DNA of 64,000 nt, taken from Caecitellus pseudoparvulus (Eukaryota; Protista; Bigyra: Bicosoecida). The DNA is taken from contig CBFFRQ010000018.1 of the NCBI GenBank assembly GCA_965644315.1, forward strand, positions 682,001 to 746,000. The letters run 5' to 3'. The notes below the pieces were generated by a model. That model saw only the letters and a list, made by a program, of their open reading frames with translations. It made no database searches and had not been told where the DNA came from. This document shows, piece after piece, positions 59,575 through 64,000 of this stretch (the stretch's first letter is position 1; the number at the start of each line of letters is the position of its first letter). The position numbers and the translations under genes are program-made.

Positions 59575-62229
59575 TCACGAGCGGAAGGCATCCCGCAGCG
59601 CTGCCTGCGCTTCTTCATCAAGGGCTGTTGGATATTGTACAGCCACTCGAACGTGCAAGGCTCCGTACATGCCCTGCAGCTCCTCAGTCGACAGGAGGTA
59701 GATCGGCGACGGCAGGTCCAGCAGTGTCAGCGCAAGGTCTCGCAGTTGTCCACGTCGAAGGGCGCTTCCTAGCTTCGTCAGCATGGATAGTTCTTGGTTG
59801 ATGGCGGACAGGAGCATTGCGCTTGGACTCAGCATTAGCGAACCAGCCGGGCTGTCTTGATCCACCGCCGGCATGGACTGGGCACCTTCCAGCGCTGCTT
59901 TTGCAGCCACCAACTCGCTGTATCGGGAGCGCGATGCGGTGCAAAATGCGCAAATGTGTTCCGAAATCGAGCGCTGCAGATCGGGGGCGCGGCTGTGCAC
60001 TGCATCGGGGTGCAGCTGGCAGGGGGCCTGCATGCCTGGAGGAACGCTGAAGGAGGAAGTGGCCGCGTCTAGAATGCCATGGTCTCCCAGTGCCAGGTCG
60101 TGGTGCTGGGGCATGCTCTCCACGCACCCAATGGCGTCATACACGCGAATGATATCGGGGCATTGCTTCTTGCACCAGCCAGGCTTCCAGCGAAGCACAG
60201 GCGATCCTGTGTGGTTAGGCTGTGCAGTGGTGTCCACCTCCTGGCATTCTTCCTTGCAGCGGGCGACTCGCCGCGTCCGGGCCAGGATGCGCTGGTGTGT
60301 GGCCATCACATCAGCGCCGACGGAAGTGGCATTCAACGTTGCACAACCCCCAAGCACGGCCAGCACCCGCCATGTCGGCGAAGTGAGCGCTGCGCTGGCC
60401 GAAGCGAATGAGAACTGTTGCAGGGTTGGGACTCGGGCCGCCAGCCCCCCCGGCCGCCGGCGCGGCATGCCGCAGTCATGCACAGCACCACTTTGCAGGC
60501 ACCGCAGGGTATTTTGCAAGCACTGGGCGACCTTGGTGACATCTCGCATGCTTGGCGCTGGCAGGGGTGGGTACTGCTTTGGCAGTGTGGGGCCAGCACA
60601 AACCGGCAGGTCCAGCATCTGTTGCTTGGGGAGACCTAGTCCAGAGAAAGAGAGGACTTGTTGGGGTCCTGTGCTGGTGTTCTTGACTATGTGCACTACG
60701 CGCCCATCAGGAAGAGGCAGGGCTGCGTGGAAGCCAGACACAGCCTCCAGAATGCTGATGGCCACCGCAGTCTCCAGGTTGCTGGACGTGCTGTTCTCTC
60801 TGGACACTGTGGCCAGATGGCGCTGTTCAAAGAGCCCACTGGCCAGCAGCAAGTCCAACTTGGACAAGGCCTTGTCAGGATCTGCGTTTGCAGCTGATTC
60901 CGTGTGAACTTTGCTCTGCGCGAGCGAATGGAGCGTGTGCTGTGGGACGACGTGCACCACACTAGGGTGCACGATGTCTTGCACACTTGGAGGCGTTGAG
61001 CGAGGTATCGAAAATGGGACGCTTCCAATGGTGTCGATATCAGCTGCAGTGTGCATGGCGGGCCCAAGGGCGGGGACGTTGGCCGTGCACGGCACACCTA
61101 GCTCCAGAGAAGTGCCGACCAAGCACCTCGGACCGGCAAGTCCGTGCACGCTCCCACTGCCCGAGACTGCAACAGCCAGGGCCGTAAAGTTCACCGCTCC
61201 TAGAAGTATCCTTGATGCTGCGAAGGCTGTGTTGATGAAGCCAACTTGCGCAAAGTCGTCCACTTTGCTGGCGATGACAACGTCCCCTGGCTTGTGCAAT
61301 GGCTGTGCGTTGCCTTGGCCATGCAGCGTTGCAGTGACACCCGTAGTGCTCGATGCGGGGATGGTGTAGTTGATGTGGGCGATGGCTTGTGAAATCCGTG
61401 TCCCATGGCACACCGGGCATGCATGCTCAGGTGCAATGTAATCTCCATACCCGCCACACAGCGGACATCGCTGACGCAAGGAGAGTTCATGCACGCCCGT
61501 TATGCCTCCGTTGTAGTCACTCAGGGAGTGAACGATGCCAGTGCCGTTGCACATGGGGCACGTTTGCTTGTGCTCAGCGTGCTGAGTTCCTCGCCCATTG
61601 CATGCGTCGCATGTTGAGTTGCGAGGGATGGCTGGCCTCAGCTCCCGTGGAAAAGCAACTTGGCCCAACGACGCAGGGGTGTTCAGAACGATGTCGTTGC
61701 TTTTTGGGCACAGCGACCAATCCTGCCCTCCACACAAGTGTGCCTCCCGTGCACCTAAGCGAAGCTCCGCTTGGTCACTGTGAGGCGGATCACCGCCAAG
61801 CTGCAGTGCCAGCGCCAGAGGTGGCTCCGTGCTTGACATGGCAGGAGCTTCGCAGTCGAGAACGGCCAGAGTCTGCTCATGGTCAGAGGGTGTGACCAAG
61901 CCTTGCCAAAGGATGAACGCCGCGCTTGCATCCCGAATGCGAAGTGCGAGGCCTGGGACAGTGTACAGCTTCAGCACATCGTGCGCCTGCAGCACTGCCA
62001 GCTCTTCTTCCCGGGCGTGGGATTGCACGGACATGACCCTGCATGCTGAGCGACTACCCCGAGAGTTGTGGATGATGATGAAGAAGCCAGCTGGAGGCTT
62101 CTGTGGCAGGTTGGGAGCCAGGGTAGCGTTTCGGGCTTGGCAGTGTTCGAGTCCACGGGCTCGGAGCAAGAGCGCCAGGGCCACGTAGAAATACACACAG
62201 CAGACCTTTGAGTACACTCTCAGCGCCAT
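59575..62229 (-). CDS. DnaJ type-I-like protein (zinc finger + C-terminal domains) with no recognisable HPD J domain; signal-peptide-like N terminus
   Basis: CDACNGRG, CPMCNGTG, CPLCGGYG, CPVCHGTR; GQGN..PGDVVI; NLETAVAISILEAVSGF..LPDGR..GLGLP..GALHVRVAVQYP. Confidence 0.8.
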   Translation of the reverse strand: MALRVYSKVCCVYFYVALALLLRARGLEHCQARNATLAPNLPQKPPAGFFIIIHNSRGSRSACRVMSVQSHAREEELAVLQAHDVLKLYTVPGLALRIRDASAAFILWQGLVTPSDHEQTLAVLDCEAPAMSSTEPPLALALQLGGDPPHSDQAELRLGAREAHLCGGQDWSLCPKSNDIVLNTPASLGQVAFPRELRPAIPRNSTCDACNGRGTQHAEHKQTCPMCNGTGIVHSLSDYNGGITGVHELSLRQRCPLCGGYGDYIAPEHACPVCHGTRISQAIAHINYTIPASSTTGVTATLHGQGNAQPLHKPGDVVIASKVDDFAQVGFINTAFAASRILLGAVNFTALAVAVSGSGSVHGLAGPRCLVGTSLELGVPCTANVPALGPAMHTAADIDTIGSVPFSIPRSTPPSVQDIVHPSVVHVVPQHTLHSLAQSKVHTESAANADPDKALSKLDLLLASGLFEQRHLATVSRENSTSSNLETAVAISILEAVSGFHAALPLPDGRVVHIVKNTSTGPQQVLSFSGLGLPKQQMLDLPVCAGPTLPKQYPPLPAPSMRDVTKVAQCLQNTLRCLQSGAVHDCGMPRRRPGGLAARVPTLQQFSFASASAALTSPTWRVLAVLGGCATLNATSVGADVMATHQRILARTRRVARCKEECQEVDTTAQPNHTGSPVLRWKPGWCKKQCPDIIRVYDAIGCVESMPQHHDLALGDHGILDAATSSFSVPPGMQAPCQLHPDAVHSRAPDLQRSISEHICAFCTASRSRYSELVAAKAALEGAQSMPAVDQDSPAGSLMLSPSAMLLSAINQELSMLTKLGSALRRGQLRDLALTLLDLPSPIYLLSTEELQGMYGALHVRVAVQYPTALDEEAQAALRDAFRS

Positions 62230-62432
62230 TTGTGGTGTAGGGGCCCCGTTGGATGCCGTTCTGGGGGATAGGTTTGGGAGTTTCAAATGATGAAACGCAG
62301 CCAGGCCGGCTCCCAATGCTCACGTCGCGCGGCGCGACACGGTCCTCTGCAGTAGCATGAGGCAGACAAGAGGTGTACGTTGATCGTTTGGTCAGACTGC
62401 TGCCCTGCCCTGGTGCATGGTGTGATTGTGCC

Positions 62433-62825
62433 TGGAGTACGTGCAGGCGCAATGAAGGTGGTGGTTCGCACACACTCTGCCCTGCTTGGCTGTGCGCGGA
62501 GGGGGGCTACACCCCCCCTACCCGGCCACGGCAGTTCTCACCGCCGTGCACAATACCAAACACGTTGTACGATAGTCTTGCGAACATTCAGCGTGACTTG
62601 TCATTGATTCCTTTCAACCTTCCCTCTTCCTTCCGCGATCGGGCCGTGCCCGAGTTGGCGTGTTGAGCGCAGGTCCCCCCTGGATCTGCGGCCTCGGCAC
62701 GAGTGTCTGTGCCTGGCAAGGCAGGCTTCAGACGCCGACAGAGCAGCATGAGTGACATCAGGTGCATGGGATGGGCGCAGCGTGACGTGCCGTCACTGTC
62801 GGCGCCCCAGCAGTGCCCGTTTGGC
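62433..62825 (+). repeat. Direct repeat copy A (partner at 63609-64000; period about 1175 nt)
   Basis: 62433-62506 matches 63609-63682. 62585-62825 matches 63760-64000 with one visible substitution. Confidence 0.95.
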
Positions 62826-63434
62826 GTTCCACCACCACAACAAGTTGGCACGGACGTTGCACTGCGTTCCGTGGCCCCTCCCAGCAGTTTCAAGCTGCAC
62901 CACAGTGGTGAACATGGAACTGGCATGCCGATAGGCGGTTGCGTACTGGGTGGCGAGACTGGTGTCCGTGTCGGCAATGGAGTCGGCTCAGCACCAAGCG
63001 TGTGCGAGCTTGTGGGCGACGTGCCCGTTCCCTCTGCTGTTGATGGTGACGGTGAGGACTGCGACGTGTCCCTGGAAGGGGCGCAGGCGCCAGGGCTGCA
63101 CCGGCAGTCTCCTATCGTCGAGGACGAGAGTCTGTGCGTGTCGAAACTGCAGCGGCAGCTGACTGGTGCGCATGACGACGGAACAGTGGTGTGGAGCCTT
63201 TGCGAGCCTCACCTTGGAGGCAAAGTGAAGCCTTTGATGGCCCGGCAAAGCGCGGCACCCGATTATAAGAGTCAGAGTTGCGCTGATATCCGCGAGGGCA
63301 AGCTATTGCCCATTTCCCTTGATCTCCTTAACACACCCCGACCCATGCTCGCCCTGTCCCAGCCACAAACTCATCTATTTACTGAGGCTGGCGCAGGGCA
63401 TTTGCATGGAGAGGGTGCAATTGGATACATTTGA
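62749..63434 (+). CDS. Hypothetical 228-aa protein inside the repeat unit
   Basis: The ATG lies within the duplicated segment (equivalent ATG at 63924), and the ORF is followed by an AT-rich tract and GAATGCATTC. No domain recognised. Confidence 0.3.
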
Positions 63435-63608
63435 ATCGAAGCTTATTCGAAATTAGTGAATTGCATGCGCTATGAGGCACACAGAGTGTCGGAATGCATT
63501 CACCCTTCCAAAGCATGTGGCACGGATCAAGCTTGCGGACACACACTCGCGCGCTACTTGCCTGTCCAATTCCACTGAGCCAATCAAAGCGCAAGGCGGT
63601 ATCATGCA

Positions 63609-64000
63609 TGGAGTACGTGCAGGCGCAATGAAGGTGGTGGTTCGCACACACTCTGCCCTGCTTGGCTGTGCGCGGAGGGGGGCCAGACCCCCCCCCCCCG
63701 GCCGCGGCAGTTCTCACAGGCGCACACTACGCCGGGCACTACACGAGTTCGCGTGAGATCATTCAGCGTGACTTGTCATTGATTCCTTTCAACCTTCCCT
63801 CTTCCTTCCGCGATCGGGCCGTGCCCGAGTTGGCGTGTTGAGCGCAGGTCCCCCCTGGATCTGCGGCCTCGGCACGAGTGTCTGTGCCTGGCAAGGCAGG
63901 CTTCAGACGCTGACAGAGCAGCATGAGTGACATCAGGTGCATGGGATGGGCGCAGCGTGACGTGCCGTCACTGTCGGCGCCCCAGCAGTGCCCGTTTGGC
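63609..64000 (+). repeat. Direct repeat copy B (truncated by window edge)
   Basis: See copy A. Confidence 0.95.

Noticed and set aside
62443-62482. tRNA/SINE-like A and B boxes (GGCGCAATG..GGTTCGCAC) in the repeat
   Set aside because: The boxes are too close together, the B box is imperfect, and no cloverleaf can be built.
62988-62993. Cys-TGA as selenocysteine
   Set aside because: No selenoprotein homology or SECIS was recognised, and further stops follow.

Overview
This is a eukaryotic, GC-rich, very compact nuclear region, not a prokaryotic one. It holds about 25 protein-coding genes with short GT-AG introns (mostly 60-130 nt) and intergenic gaps often under 100 nt. In order: POLE1 (runs off the left edge), mitochondrial uL1, GCSH, dUTPase, an eIF4B/4H-like RRM protein, DYRK1 kinase, CEP120, an FHA protein, a glyoxalase-like protein, a TPPP/p25alpha-like protein, FAM210/DUF1279, ISCA1, an IQ protein, two orphans, a CvfB-like S1/winged-helix protein, an ARID-SWIRM-amine oxidase (LSD1-like), a front-end fatty-acid desaturase, a TmcB-like PAS membrane protein, a SEL1-repeat protein, NAXE, ankyrin and Kelch proteins, a DnaJ-like protein with no J domain, and a ~1175-nt-period duplication at the right edge. 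CEP120 and TPPP imply a centriole or flagellum, so a heterotrophic flagellate (possibly a stramenopile) is plausible, but that is inference only. The best leads are an intron-containing, apparently mitochondrion-targeted homolog of the bacterial RNA-binding protein CvfB, a palindromic (C)AATGCAT(TG) motif recurring just after stop codons (mainly between convergent genes), the ARID-fused LSD1, and the terminal duplication with a hypervariable core. All calls come from manual motif recognition. No database searches were run, and exon boundaries are hand-inferred.
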